Assembly: GCA_937625935.1 (NCBI GenBank)
Contig: OW569374.1
Coordinates: 124,001-188,000 of the forward strand
Origin: Tetramitus jugosus
Taxonomy: Eukaryota > Protista > Heterolobosea
Direction: 5' to 3'
Length of the DNA: 64,000 nt
In this document: one piece after another, positions 12,301-24,970 of the stretch
Position numbering within the stretch: position 1 is the first letter of the stretch
How the letters are laid out: each line of letters opens with the position of its first letter
The notes under the pieces: generated by a model
What the model was told of the DNA's origin: nothing
Database searches by the model: none
What the model saw: the letters and a program-made list of their open reading frames with translations, nothing else
Position numbers and translations under genes: made by a program

Positions 12301-15300
12301 GATGTTATTGCGCAGGCCACTGACAAAGATTCTGAAGACTCTTCATACTTATCCGTAAAGAGTGTTCAAGCTTCAGGAACTGTCAACGGAACTGCTTCTA
12401 TTTTAGATGGTAATATTCATTATCAACCCAAGGTCAATAGTGTTGGAACAGATATTTTCACATACACAATCAACGACGGACTCGATGATGCCACTAACAC
12501 CATTGCGATTACTGTGCAGTACACTTCTGTCCAAGCCTCTCAGAAGTACTACACTTTCCATTGGAGAGACATTCAAAGTGGAGTTAGCTTGAATCTTACA
12601 GATGGTCTTGCTGGAGTGAATCCGCTCTCTTTGACGGGTGTAAAATCAAGTCCAGCTTATACAGGTACTGTGGTAATTCAATCCAACGAACAAAATGTTA
12701 CTTTCACACCTGTAGCGAAGATGATTGGAGTAGTGAAATTCGCAGTTTCTTACACTGATACCATCACGACAGAGACCATTACAGTGACCATCACAATCAC
12801 GAATACTGCGCCAACAGCTCCAAACAAAAAGTTTGAGGGACATTGGAGAAACCTTACCACTACTGTCTATGGTGGATTCGATGTTTTGTCCGATGCTACT
12901 GACGCCAATAGTGATTCTATCACTTTAGCTTCCACTCTTCTTGTTTCAGGTTCAGGAAGTGTTTCGCTTTCCTCCAACAAAGTTGTTTATACCTTGGGGT
13001 CTGCTATAAATGGTCTCTACTATGTCGGATCTGGAGATATTCAATTCTCATACACTATAACTGATCTAATTCAATCATACACAGCTTTAGCTGATGTCAA
13101 TGTAACTAACGATGCACCTGTCCCTGTAGCGCAGAACTATGACATTCATTGGTCCTCTTACAAGAGTGGATTACTTCTCGATGTAACAAGCGGAACCACT
13201 GATGCCAATAGCGATCCGGTGAGTCTTTATTCTTTGGGAACAGTTTCCCCATCCAATGCTGCTTCTTCTTTGGTGATTGAAAGTGGTAAAGCCAAGGTTA
13301 CTGGTACTCCGACTGCTAGCTTGGTTGGAAGCAGTTTCAGTTTTACTTACGTTGTATCTGATGGAGCCTCTGTTGCCCAACAAACAGCGACTGTTTCTAT
13401 CACCAATGAAGCACCTGTTGCCAAGTCTATCACTGATTCCGTTCATTGGAGACAAACAAATGTCGAATATGTCGTTGCACAAACTCCAACTGATTCTGAT
13501 ACGATTACCATTGCATCCATTACTTCCAATCAAGGCTCCATCACTGAAGAATCACTTCTTCCGGAAATATCATTACCTATAATCCTCCTTCGAGCTTCAC
13601 AGGAGTAGAAGTGCTTTCCTACACCATCTCTGATGGTATTCAAACATCTGTTGGACAAGCTACTATTACAGTTTTCAACACTGCACCTGTCGCAAAGACC
13701 TACTCGACAAGCTCTCATTGGTCCACAAGCACTTCATACATATTTAACGCTAAAACTGATGCTACTGATACAGACTCTCTTGATACGAACTACTTGACTG
13801 TGCAAAGCACAATAGTGGGCTTGAGTTCGACAATGTACACTGTGTCAAATGGAGTCATTACCCTCACCCCAAGCAATACGATCAAGGCCACGGGTAGCCT
13901 TACTGTAACCTACACAATCACTGATGGTATTGCTGTTTCTCAAGGAACGATTACTCTCGCCTTCACCAACACTGCTCCTGTTGCTCCTAACAAGAGTATT
14001 ACTATCTCAAGAATTTATGGACAGAGCAGATACACATTGACCGGTTCAAATTCATTGCTAACAACAGGTACGGTTGATGACGACTCTGACTCTCTTACGC
14101 TCTCTATCATTTCTGGGGGCCAATTGACTGGTACTGGAAATGATGTTGATGTTGTCATTTCTGAATACTTTACCTCAAGTATACAGATTCAATATATGTA
14201 TAATGATGGACTTGTGAATTCCGCTACCGCAACTGCTACTATAACCTTCACGAACAGTGCTCCAGTTTGTCAACCGGCATCAATCTCTGTCGCTAAGGGA
14301 ACAACAAAGAGTGTAACTGTTGATTGCACAGACGCAAACAATGATCCTCTTACGATCTCTGCTAGCAGCCTTCCATCAGGTTTGACTCTGTCAGGAAGCA
14401 CCTTTATCTTTGTTGCTCCAACTGGGGTTAAAGTTTCGTATAGTGTTCTCTTTACTGGAACGGATGGAGTTGGTGCTACAGGAAGCAATACATTAACAAT
14501 AACAGTTACAAGTCAACCTCCAACTGCCAACGATTACACTTGGAATTTGGTGGCCAGAAGAGACTCTCGAACACATACCCTGAACTATTTAACGTCATCT
14601 GGTGCTTCTGATCCTGATGGAGACGCGCTTACTTTCAGTATTGTATCACATACTTGCACAGGTGCTGACTCCATAACTATCAGCGGAAATACTATTTCCT
14701 TCGTTCGTCAATACACCTACTCCACAGCCACTTGTCAGATAATGGTGGCGACCTCCGATCCAGATTTGTCAAGTGTCACCAACACTGTGACTGTTGTCAT
14801 TACGACATCTGGACTGGATGCTGTAGGTAGAAGTATCACGGTTGATCATCAAGAAGGATCTTACTTTACCTTGACTGTTGCAGAAATTATGGTGAATGAT
14901 AATGACCCACTGGGTGGTACTATAACATTCGATGGTTTCTATGTTAGTGATTCTGACGGTTGCTCTGCTACTCCAGTTCCAACCACTGGTTTCTGCGGAA
15001 ATGTGAGTCCAACCTCTCCCACTTCAGGAACATGGAAGTTGAGTCAAACTTCGGACGAGTGTCAAACTCAGCGTTTCAGATACAAAATTCGCTCCGTCCA
15101 AGATTCTTCACAGGTTGGATACGCCATTCTTGATGTCAGATTCCAAAATTGCCAGTGTGTCAAACCTCTGGATATTGTGTTTGTCCTTGATGGATCTGGT
15201 TCTGTTGGTTCCTCAAACTTTGCTTTGATGAAAAGCTTTATTCAACAGATTATCGACCCTCTCGATATTGGTAGTGGAGACACCCAAACCCAAGTTGGTA

Positions 15301-16430
15301 TTGTTGTGTTCGATAACCGTATATTCGAAATTCTTCCACTGTCGTCATCCAAGACAACTATCGTTAATGCGATGAGCAGCTTGTCTTATCCTCAAGGCTC
15401 CACCAACATTAGAAGTGCTGTTCTCAGTGCGGAAAAATTGTTGACAGGTACCAATAGCAGAGGCTCAACTGTCTCAAAGATGATTATCACCATTTTCGAT
15501 GGTGAACCAAACATGCCTTGCTCTTGTTCTCAATGTTCGAGTGCCACATATTTGAGCACTAGCCTTTGTGTGAGTTCTCGTTATCCAGCGAGAGATTGCA
15601 ATCATTGCATCTCGAGCGGTCCGTTGAAGTGCAACCCTTGTGGCGATGTGCTGTCTGAAGCAAGAAGAATTAACGCCAAGAAACCTGGAAACGCTGATGG
15701 ATACTGGAGAATTATGTCGATTGGTGTTGGACCGTACTTGAGCAACCAGTCTGCCAAGGATCTCATCCGTGATTTGTCCTACAACAAGGAATTATCCTTG
15801 TCTGTCGATTGGGACCAGCTCAGTACTGTTGTCTCCACAATTCAATCCCAGAGTTGCGATTTGGTGGATACATCAGTGGCCAGTGATACATACACTGAAG
15901 GAACAGATATATTTGCCTACTGCGGTCAAATAGTTGGTATCTCCACAGGTACTTATCAGTGGTATGTGACTGATTCATCCACTGCCATGAAGTACGTCTC
16001 CAACAGCTTCAACTCAACTGACACTCGAGCAACTCTGTTCCAAGTTGTGTGTAGTAACTTTGGTACAAAGGTTAGCTTCTCAAGTGCTGCCGCCTCATCT
16101 TTCGCTCTGTGGAGTTTGCAAACAGAAAAGTACGTCGTTCGTTCATCCACCAAGTTTTATGCGAATGGAGCATCAGCACAGTATTTTAGTCTAAGAACTT
16201 CAGTATCTGCTCTCGTCAGCCAACCAGTGCCAACCTTTGTCGCACTAAATGTTCAAACAAGCGATGGCTATTACGCCTACTCCAGTTCACTCACAGCATC
16301 AAAGACATCTGCCACAACTTTCATGCTCTACTCCGTGTCGTATGACGATATTGCCTACAGAACTGGATTAATCGCTGCTTCTGCATTCCCAGTACCAATC
16401 ACTGATACTGCCAAGTACGGAGCTGTGTAA
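9308..16430 (+). pseudogene. Giant cell-surface protein with tandem bacterial-type Ig/cadherin-like (Big_9/tandem-95-like) repeats and a VWA domain, interrupted by two frameshifting insertions (11574-11587, 13546-13556); N-terminus not resolved
   Basis: Repeated NxAPVAxxD...VLxNDxDxDGD...FxYTISDG units across three consecutive ORFs, and VWA MIDAS DIVFVLDGSGS. Removing 14+11 nt gives one ~2,365-aa frame. Confidence 0.8.
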
Positions 16431-16537
16431 CATTCCACAATCAAATTAAAAAAAATCATTTCCTTCACAAACTGACAGCAGAAATTTTGTCCCTGTTCCT
16501 CAGTTCTCTTGCAATCGAATTCTGCGAAAAAACAACG

Positions 16538-17464
16538 ATGAACAACATTATCGATCAAAAACAACAACAATACCAGCACAACAACAACAACAACAACAAC
16601 AAATGGTCATTCACCACATTTCGATCACAACAACTACAACAACAACAACATGAACAACAACCATCATTCATCCTCAAACCCATCAATGAACAAAATTTAT
16701 CCGACCTCGAACAAATTGTCTCCGCCACACTTGCTGTTCAATACAAGAATCCACGCATCTTTCAACAAATGCTTCGACTAGGTAAGAGACTCAGTTGCGT
16801 AGTCTACAATCAACACAATGGACAAGCAATTGGTGCCATGGGATGTCGTGTCGAAGTCATCAAAAATATCAACAACAATAACAATAATAACAACAATATC
16901 AATAACAATAACACTGATGATGATGATGACAATCAAAAAAATAAAACTAACAATAGTGCTCCTCAAGTTCGATCCGCTATTGATGATGCCATTTCTCACA
17001 TGAAAATGAACACTTTATACAGTACGAACAGTAATCATAATCATAATAATAATAATAGTAATAGTAATAATAATAATAGTGATCATACATTGATAAATGA
17101 TACAACAATGATTGAACAATCGGACAAGAAACATGAAGAACAGATTATTCATGTCAAAATCTATGTAATGACACTGTCGGTGCTTGCTCCCTATCGAAAT
17201 TTGGGTATCGGTGCAATGATGATTCAATACTTGTTGTCTGGTGTGACCCGAGTAGAAAATGCAAATCCGAATCGTATCATTAAGGTCAATAGTATTTATT
17301 TGCATGTGCAGGAGGGAAATGAAGGAGCTCTACGGTTCTATTCGAGGTACGGGTTCAAAGAAGAACGATTTATTGAAAAGTATTATAGGAGTGTGTTGCC
17401 TTCTGGTGCCCACGTGTTGCATATTGAGTTTCCTAGTTCTTCTTCTGAAGTTTCTTCTTGCTGA
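16538..17464 (+). CDS. GNAT N-acetyltransferase, NAA50/NatE-like, with poly-Asn/Gln inserts
   Basis: IYVMTLSVLAPYRNLGIG, IYLHVQEGNEGALRFY, FIEKYYR. Confidence 0.85.
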   Translation: MNNIIDQKQQQYQHNNNNNNNKWSFTTFRSQQLQQQQHEQQPSFILKPINEQNLSDLEQIVSATLAVQYKNPRIFQQMLRLGKRLSCVVYNQHNGQAIGAMGCRVEVIKNINNNNNNNNNINNNNTDDDDDNQKNKTNNSAPQVRSAIDDAISHMKMNTLYSTNSNHNHNNNNSNSNNNNSDHTLINDTTMIEQSDKKHEEQIIHVKIYVMTLSVLAPYRNLGIGAMMIQYLLSGVTRVENANPNRIIKVNSIYLHVQEGNEGALRFYSRYGFKEERFIEKYYRSVLPSGAHVLHIEFPSSSSEVSSC

Positions 17465-17704
17465 ATATGAAATTTCAGATATCGGAATAATGGAAAAAAT
17501 GGATTAATAGGTTCAATGATTGAATTCCGGGGAGATAATGATGTCGCAGTGTGATTTGGTGGACAGAGATGAACTACTGGAGGTTATTGTTGGTTAGGTC
17601 ATGTGTGTGTGTGTTGTGGCATTGGACAACAGTCATGTCACAGTTTGCATAAACAGAAACAATAAAGAGTATCATTGCATGTTGTTAACTGTTAGGTAAT
17701 AATT

Positions 17705-18298
17705 TTATTCTAGGTCATTTGCAGCTTCTTTCATTAGATGGATGACAATGTTCTTGCCTTCCTCTAGCATAAAGAATGATCTATTATTCAAGTGTATATT
17801 CTTTCCTTCTACTTTGGATGAGTTGGCCCTCAGCCACTTGTAAGCTGGCGAAGAATCTTCACAATACCAGAGATTGTCTTCTCCAAGTTCAAACCCTGTG
17901 CTTTCCCATCGAATTCGATCAGTCACTTTATCGAGTTTGAATCCGTACCTAGCTTTCATCTCATGTGCCAGCTTCACCTTCTCCTTGTCTGTCTGCGTAA
18001 TGATACAGTAATATTGTAGATCTCTCTTCAGTGACTCAATCTTGTGCTCTAAAACGAGTTGTTCACAGTTGGATTGAATATCATCTCTCAATATTGTCAA
18101 TATGGCGTTGAATACCTCAGGATCACTATCCAACAAGAAATGACCATCATCGTCCAAGTCTGACGAATACAAGTCAGAATTGAGAACAATGGATTTCAAT
18201 AGACATGGGTGCCAGTTGTTAATTGTGGCCATAGGAACTGCAAATACGCTATCCATTCTTCTCACTCTGAAAGTGACATACTTTCTTGTTGTGTCCAT
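17705..18298 (-). CDS. BTB/POZ (KCTD/T1-type) domain protein
   Basis: DDDGHFLLDSDPEVFNAILTILR...LKRDLQYYCI pattern. Confidence 0.7.
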   Translation of the reverse strand: MDTTRKYVTFRVRRMDSVFAVPMATINNWHPCLLKSIVLNSDLYSSDLDDDGHFLLDSDPEVFNAILTILRDDIQSNCEQLVLEHKIESLKRDLQYYCIITQTDKEKVKLAHEMKARYGFKLDKVTDRIRWESTGFELGEDNLWYCEDSSPAYKWLRANSSKVEGKNIHLNNRSFFMLEEGKNIVIHLMKEAANDLE

Positions 18299-18381
18299 CC
18301 TGACGACGGGTTTGGTGGTTTTATTGAAGTTGGTATTTTCTCCGCTACTTGAAAACTTAAAATCGAATCGAAAAAAAAAAC

Positions 18382-19448
18382 ATGTCCAAGCTCAAAAACG
18401 ATGATTGGTTTGCATCTGTAGAACTAGAAATGGAGCAACACAAAGCTCCCATTGCTCAACCCATTGGTGATGACACTGACGATATTTTTACCAAATCAAA
18501 ACCAAAATTGATGAGAAAACCAGTGATTCAAAAGCACAGTGAAGTGTTCAACAAGACACAACAATTTTTGACGTCAAAAGGTGTGGGTTGGTTGATGGAA
18601 ACAGAGGAAGTCAAACCTCTGGCAACATCACGAGAGAATTTGCTAGGTGGAGCTACTGCAGCAGAGGACTCATCTGCTCAACAGCCATCTATACTGGAAG
18701 AATTGGACATTGACTTGCAGGATATCTTGTGGAGAGTCAAGCAAGTGTTGGTGCCCTTCAAGGAGTATGATCAAGCGACACGCAGAAAGCTATTGTTGCA
18801 AGATGAAGCCGATTTCTGGGGACCCTTTTTTATCGTATGTGATGTTTTTGGCGCCAAAAATATTTTACGTTTTGTCGGAACAATTTTTTTAAAGAACTCA
18901 TGTGTCGTTATTGTTGGCAATAATAGGTGTTAATGTATGCTCTGGTCAATGTGGCATTCTCTCAGTTGAAGCTTATTACTTGGGTTTTTGTCATTTGGAT
19001 TATTGGTTCATCGTTGTTATGGTTCCTCACTACATTGATTGTAGATCCTTCCAATACTGCAATCAGCACTGTTTCATCAAGTGAAAACTCTACTGCGGCA
19101 AGCACTACAGCTGACACAGACTCGAGCAATGCGCAATCCCAGGAATCAGATAGCAACAAGGACGGAGGTTATCTGTACTTTAGTCAGACAATTGCGTTTG
19201 TTGGTTATGGTCTCATACCAATCGTGCTGGCTCATGCCTTGCACATTTTGTTCCTACTGGTGTCATCAAAACATTTGCGGTTGTTGGGCGTTGCGGACAT
19301 GGTTTTAGGCTTTGTGACACTGATTTGGAGCACTTACTCTTGCAGCAAGCTCGTTTGCTCTTCTTCCAGTGCTCTCCACGAAAAAAGAAGATTTATTTGG
19401 TGGCCCGTATGTCTACTGTATCTGTACTTCTTGGCCATGCACAAGTGA
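18382..19448 (+). CDS. Yip1-family membrane protein; intron 18835-18926
   Basis: ILEELDID, ADFWGP and VGYGLIP motifs, several TM helices, in-frame gtatgt...tag intron. Confidence 0.8.
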
Positions 19449-20092
19449 AGGTCTGAACACGACCTGTAAATTGTCGGATCCGTTCAATGCGGATAAACAC
19501 GAATATCTGAAACGGATATTGGACGGATATTCCAATGGCGCGTTTCATTATGTAAAAATTCCGTGTCTCCCGAAATAAATCCTCAAGTGGCGGTTCGCCA
19601 AAACAGCCGTTTTTGTATTCACGCGGATACTTTGGAGGTCAAAATTATCGTGCGCAAGATTCCGTGAGTCTATTTCAACTTTGTCACCTCTAAATATTAT
19701 TTGAATGAATCACAGGAATAGAGAGCACTTTTTCAGCAACGTTTTTCCAGTGAAAAGTAATCAAGAGCACTCCTTACTCACTTTATCATCAACCACTCTT
19801 CCGTTTTTATTGTGAAGCGTTTCGGTTGTTGTATTGGATAAACTTTCTCCTTTTTTCGCCTGAATACCCCCTGTACCCCATTTGCGCCGTTTAGGAAACA
19901 GCGTCGACACCCTGCGCACATTTCGCACTCTCTCTAAGAAACGTTAGGCAGATAAGACCTTTAAGCTTTTAACCTGTTAGATATTTTGCTCCAATTCACC
20001 ACTGAAGGAAACGGCATCACAACTCCTCTCGCAATCTATAATAACCAAACACTCCCAATTACAACAATTAATTGGTTTAATCTCGAAACAAC

Positions 20093-21661
20093 ATGACTTC
20101 TTCAAACTCACATTCCAACATGTCACAGCAACCTTCACCCAACAATATCCAGACTGCGGACATTTCACCTATCCCTCCTACAGCGGCCGCCTCGACTACG
20201 ACAACGGGCTCTCATTACAATAACAATAACCACCACATACACCACTACATCAACGATCGAGGTCACCACCACTCACACTACTACATCAATCGTGATGGAT
20301 CCACGACCTCTAGCTTTGAAGATGACAACCAACAAGAACAAGATGAATACAACAACAACAACACCCACCATCAAGACGAGGAAGAAGAAGAAGAGTACTA
20401 TGACGATGAAGAGACCACTGCAAGCTACACCTCTTCAGACTCTGAACATCACTCTCATCACCACCATCACAACCACCTCAAACCACTCTTTACAACATCC
20501 AAGCACAGCTCTCAACCAAAAGCTTCAACATCGACATCAACCGTAGCTAACAACACCAAAAATAACGCTCGGTATTACGTCTCAAGAGACGAAGACGGAA
20601 CGAACACACCTACCAAGAGACAAAACAGCACTGGACAAGAAGAAGAAGAAGATGATGACTCATCGTACACCATTACGATACACACTGAAGATCAACCACC
20701 CAATGCCAACATTCAAGTCAAGATTGCCTCACTGGGCACCTCTGGAGAAGAAAAAGCTTTCCTGGTCACGAGAGAAACTACCTCGCCAACATCCGTCTCA
20801 GCCATAGCAGCTCATTCTGATGATTTAGCAGACTATGAAAGTGGAAAGCTTTCATCATCATCCTCCACAGCTGCTGAAGAAGGAAGTGAAGCTACGGTTC
20901 AAGTCGTTACACACTCTCTTCGTTATCAAATTCTGGGAACAGCTGCTGCAGCTGCTTACTTTATGGCTTGCTCCACTGTGCTGTTGTTTGTCATGAATTT
21001 TGTGCATGCTCGCGTGCCAAAAGTCGAACCTTTGCCTGATATTGGACACGATATCATTACTCACTTGCAACCTGAATTCCTGGGTGATATTGTCATGATT
21101 ACCATGTATGTCATGCTCGGTGGTTGCTTGTTGTTGAGTGGGAATAGGCGGTGGAAGATGGCTACTCGTTTCTTGTTTGCGTATGGTACGTTGTACTTGA
21201 TACGGACAACGACCATTTCGGCCACTTCGATGCCAGCCACCAAAAATCACTGTTACTACAATCCTGAGCCTATTGAGAACATTTGGTGGAATACGTTCAT
21301 TGGATTGGTGACGATGGGAGCGTTGAACAAGCATTGTGGTGATTTGTTGTTCTCTGGTCACACTTGTTCCATTACGTTGATCTTGCTCGTCTTTTGGTGC
21401 TATCACTCGAGACATGTCTTGCTCAATCTGGTGTTGACTCTGGTGGGTGTCACTGGTTTCGTCTTTATCATTGGAACGAGGTCTCACTACACTGTTGATG
21501 TTCTGGTCGCACTGTACTTGACAGTATTCGTGTGGGGAGTGTGTCCTGAGAGTTGGGACAAGCCTCTTTTCCAAATGAAGAAGGGAAAGAACCAGATCGT
21601 AAATGTTTATCGAAAGTTGTCTGGTTACGTCTTACCAAGCAGACGACACATTAGAATATAA
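20093..21661 (+). CDS. Sphingomyelin/IPC synthase-family (PAP2_C) phosphotransferase
   Basis: PLPDIGH, CGDLLFSGHT and RSHYTVDV catalytic motifs; multiple TMs. Confidence 0.9.
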   Translation: MTSSNSHSNMSQQPSPNNIQTADISPIPPTAAASTTTTGSHYNNNNHHIHHYINDRGHHHSHYYINRDGSTTSSFEDDNQQEQDEYNNNNTHHQDEEEEEEYYDDEETTASYTSSDSEHHSHHHHHNHLKPLFTTSKHSSQPKASTSTSTVANNTKNNARYYVSRDEDGTNTPTKRQNSTGQEEEEDDDSSYTITIHTEDQPPNANIQVKIASLGTSGEEKAFLVTRETTSPTSVSAIAAHSDDLADYESGKLSSSSSTAAEEGSEATVQVVTHSLRYQILGTAAAAAYFMACSTVLLFVMNFVHARVPKVEPLPDIGHDIITHLQPEFLGDIVMITMYVMLGGCLLLSGNRRWKMATRFLFAYGTLYLIRTTTISATSMPATKNHCYYNPEPIENIWWNTFIGLVTMGALNKHCGDLLFSGHTCSITLILLVFWCYHSRHVLLNLVLTLVGVTGFVFIIGTRSHYTVDVLVALYLTVFVWGVCPESWDKPLFQMKKGKNQIVNVYRKLSGYVLPSRRHIRI

Positions 21662-21844
21662 AACCTTGTTAATATTTGCAAAATTGTGTTTTCTTTACTT
21701 TTGTTAATTAGTGATTTTGGTGAGAGACAAGGAATAAGCACAATGGAATGCATCTTTGCGTATGCCTAAGAATAAAATATCGTTGGACGAGATCATTCAT
21801 GTTAAAATTTGGAGATGTCTTGCTCGGGCTTTACAATCACAAGT

Positions 21845-23436
21845 TTATTTGATGGTTAACAAGTATGGCATCTTATCGCCGGCATTAATAAGGGCATCTC
21901 TTGCCTTTCTTGCGGCATTTCTCACCAACTCTGAGAGAGCTGGATGGACGTGAATAGAGTACAAAATGTCATCCAATGTACCGTTCTTTTTGATCAAAAC
22001 AGTAATTTCATGCAACAAGACCGATGCTTCATGACCAACAATGTGACATCCCAAAATCTTTCTCGTTCCTCTCTCAATCAACAACTTGACAAAGCCGTGA
22101 TCAGATCTCAGAGCCATACCCATAGCAGAGTTAATGTAGTTGTTCACACCCTTCACATAGGAGATGCCCTTCTCAATCACTTCTTCCTCAGTCATACCAA
22201 CACCTGCAACTTGAGGATAAGTGAACACAGCATGTGGCATACCAGTGTAGTCAATTGGATACTTTACACCGTGATCCGTCTTGTCCAAATGCAACACAAC
22301 TTCATTCAAGTATTCACCTTCCATATTGGCACAGTGTCTGAATTGATAGTTGCCTGCAATGTCACCGAGTGCCCACACGTTCTTTGCCGTTGTTTCCAAG
22401 TATTCATTGACCTTGATGAAACCACCTTTACGCACTTCGACACCAGTCTTCTCCACTTGCAATGTATCCGAGTTTGGCACAATTCCAATTGCAATCAACA
22501 AGGCGTCACCTGATAGCTCCACATCTTGATTGTCATCATTCTTGTAAGTGACAGTAAAGGTCTTTGAGTCTTCATCATACTTGACCTTGTGGAACATCTT
22601 CTTCATGTACACATTAATGTTCTTTCTCTCAGAAAAAACGCGAGTGAACTCTGCTCTGACTTCATTGTCCTCTGCATTCAAGAACTGAGATCGAACAAAC
22701 ATGTGAACTTCTGTGCCCAATGAGGCATAGAAATGAGACAATTCACAACTAATGTAACCACCACCAAGAACAATGAGCTTTTTTGGTTGTTTTGGATTCC
22801 TGAGAGCTTCAGTCGATGTCATGTATGGAGTGCCTTCCAGTCCTTGAACTTCATCCTCTGATGGGATCTTGCTTCTTCCTCCTGCAGCAATAAAGATGCG
22901 ATCAGCAGTGATCACAGTCTTTTCTTCATCATCAATCTCCAACGTTCTCTCACCAATAAACTTTGCTGGCTGTCGATACCAATCCATAAGCTTATTTCTC
23001 TCTACAGCGGGGATAATACTGTCGGCATCGGCATCAATTGTCTCCGACACGCGGTTGACCAAATTGGAAAATTGAATTTCGTATGTGCCATTGACCTGGA
23101 GATCGATTCTGGGCGCATCATCAATCTGAGTAGCGAGATCAGCAGGATGAATCAACATTTTACTGGGGATACAACCACGATTGAGACAAGTACCACCGAG
23201 TGGACCCTTCTCACAGAGAGCAACCTTGAGGCCGAGTGTTGTGGCAGGTCGGGCAAGCTTTGGCAAACCTTTGAGATGAAGTTTGGGCGTGTGAATCAAG
23301 CAATGCTAACAAAGAAGAACTTTTTGCACAAAAAAAACACAATGTGAAAAAACGTACCTGCTCCTGCACCGATAACGATCACATCATAATGTTTAGCTGC
23401 TGTTTGGGACATGGTAGAAAATGCTCTTTTGATCAT
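21845..23436 (-). CDS. Class-I pyridine nucleotide-disulfide oxidoreductase (dihydrolipoyl dehydrogenase/mycothione reductase-like); intron 23269-23357
   Basis: YDVIVIGAGAG, GGTCLNRGCIPSK redox-active disulfide, GGGYI NAD site, HPALSE. Short presequence-like N-terminus MIKRAFST. Confidence 0.88.
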
Positions 23437-23612
23437 ATAGAGTTGGTGTTTGTTGTTCGTTTTGTTTGTGCGTGTTTTCGTGTGAGCTTTTTGAAGAACA
23501 AAATTTGAATTGGTTCGGGAAATCTGCGGGTTCAAATGCGGAGTATAAACTCCGCAAGAACTTCAGCAAGGATACAACAGAACGGGGTACTTGGGGGATC
23601 GACTCTAAAGTT

Positions 23613-24854
23613 TTATAGTTGGTCAAGTTGACCAAGCATTTGACATGACACAGTTTCATTGGTTGTGAACAGGATTCCATAATCATTCTCACCACTCATG
23701 CCAAACCCATGGGCATTTTCATTCCAGGACACAACAGCATCCTCGAATCCACGAACGAGCACACAACTCCAATCTTCCTTGTTGTTTGATGTTCTCGTTT
23801 GGTACGAGTGTTGAATTTGAGAGACAAGATCATGTACGAGATGAGGTGGTATGAAACCTGTCATCTTGTACGCAACAACAGTCCTTGTTTGATCAACATC
23901 ATCACCACTATTCTCATCATCTTGCTCTACTTGTCTTTCCATATCGGCAAAGGATTCCATCTCGTTCAATGACACTCCAGTAAACGCACATCCCACAATT
24001 GTAATCATTTGTCGTATCCGCTCCAAATTCAGCTTACTCTTGTCCCCGTCTTCATGATCCACTCGCTCTGTCACATATCGAGGTATCTGATATTCAAATG
24101 TCTGTAACTCTGATCCAAGACCTGCCATTTTCTTGTACCTCAACTCTTCAATTGCTCCAACAGTTGTTTCTTTCGATTTCTTCAAGTGATCAAACAAAGA
24201 ACTGATATCAATGGATGTTCGAGCCCCATCATTTTTCGAGTACACTGAACACAAGACAAACGCAGAGCTTAACCTCCGAAACGCCCAAATCACTCTCTCC
24301 TTCATTGCCAATGATTCAATGGGCCACATCACAGATACTCTATACTGTGATTTGTAGAGTCTATCATGATGATTGTGATGCGTGTACGTTTCCACCAATT
24401 TTCCCTCTAGTCCCAACTGCTCATATGTGTCCTTGTCCACTTGTAAATGAATCACATGTTGATTTTTTGATGATGATGATGATGATGATGACTTGTCATT
24501 CTTTTTGTTCGGGTAGATGGCTATTTGATTGGTACTCTCTGATTTTGCATCAATCGAATGAACAAAAAATTCAAATTCATTATTTGATTGTTGTTGTTGT
24601 TGTTGAGTCAAATCTAGCAAGGATAGGAGATCAAGGGGTGATGCGTGACACATGTAATAGTGAAAATGTTGGTCATTGGTTCTCATCTTGTGTGACAAAT
24701 GTTTCAACAATTCGTCTTGTTTTTGGTCAATGAGCATCAATAGCTCAAAGTTGAAGGGATGGGTCAGTATGAGCCGATCTAGCTGAGGTTGTGTATGACT
24801 CTCATGAACAATGATGCGTGAGCGTGGTGGACTGAAGTTGAATGCAGTGTTCAT
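23613..24854 (-). CDS. RPP40: Ribonuclease P/MRP subunit p40-like
   Basis: LQVDKDTYEQLGLEG and C-terminal WSCVLVRGFEDAVVSWNENAHG...GENDY motifs typical of Rpp40. Confidence 0.75.
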   Translation of the reverse strand: MNTAFNFSPPRSRIIVHESHTQPQLDRLILTHPFNFELLMLIDQKQDELLKHLSHKMRTNDQHFHYYMCHASPLDLLSLLDLTQQQQQQSNNEFEFFVHSIDAKSESTNQIAIYPNKKNDKSSSSSSSSKNQHVIHLQVDKDTYEQLGLEGKLVETYTHHNHHDRLYKSQYRVSVMWPIESLAMKERVIWAFRRLSSAFVLCSVYSKNDGARTSIDISSLFDHLKKSKETTVGAIEELRYKKMAGLGSELQTFEYQIPRYVTERVDHEDGDKSKLNLERIRQMITIVGCAFTGVSLNEMESFADMERQVEQDDENSGDDVDQTRTVVAYKMTGFIPPHLVHDLVSQIQHSYQTRTSNNKEDWSCVLVRGFEDAVVSWNENAHGFGMSGENDYGILFTTNETVSCQMLGQLDQL

Positions 24855-24970
24855 GCCGTTGTTGGTCTTTTTGTGTTTTTGCCGCCAATTTCTCACGCGG
24901 AGTCGGTGTTTTTTGAATGAAATTGCACTTGAAGTTCCCAATGTGAACAAGGAAAAATCATAAAACCCAA

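Noticed and set aside
16560-17085. (CAA)n/(AAT)n tracts here and similar tracts elsewhere as arrays or CRISPR-like repeats
   Set aside because: Simple coding microsatellites giving poly-Asn/Gln; no repeat-spacer structure.
19450-20090. CpG-rich intergenic stretch with short inverted repeats, possible MITE/Helitron
   Set aside because: No terminal inverted repeats, TSD or second copy could be established by eye.
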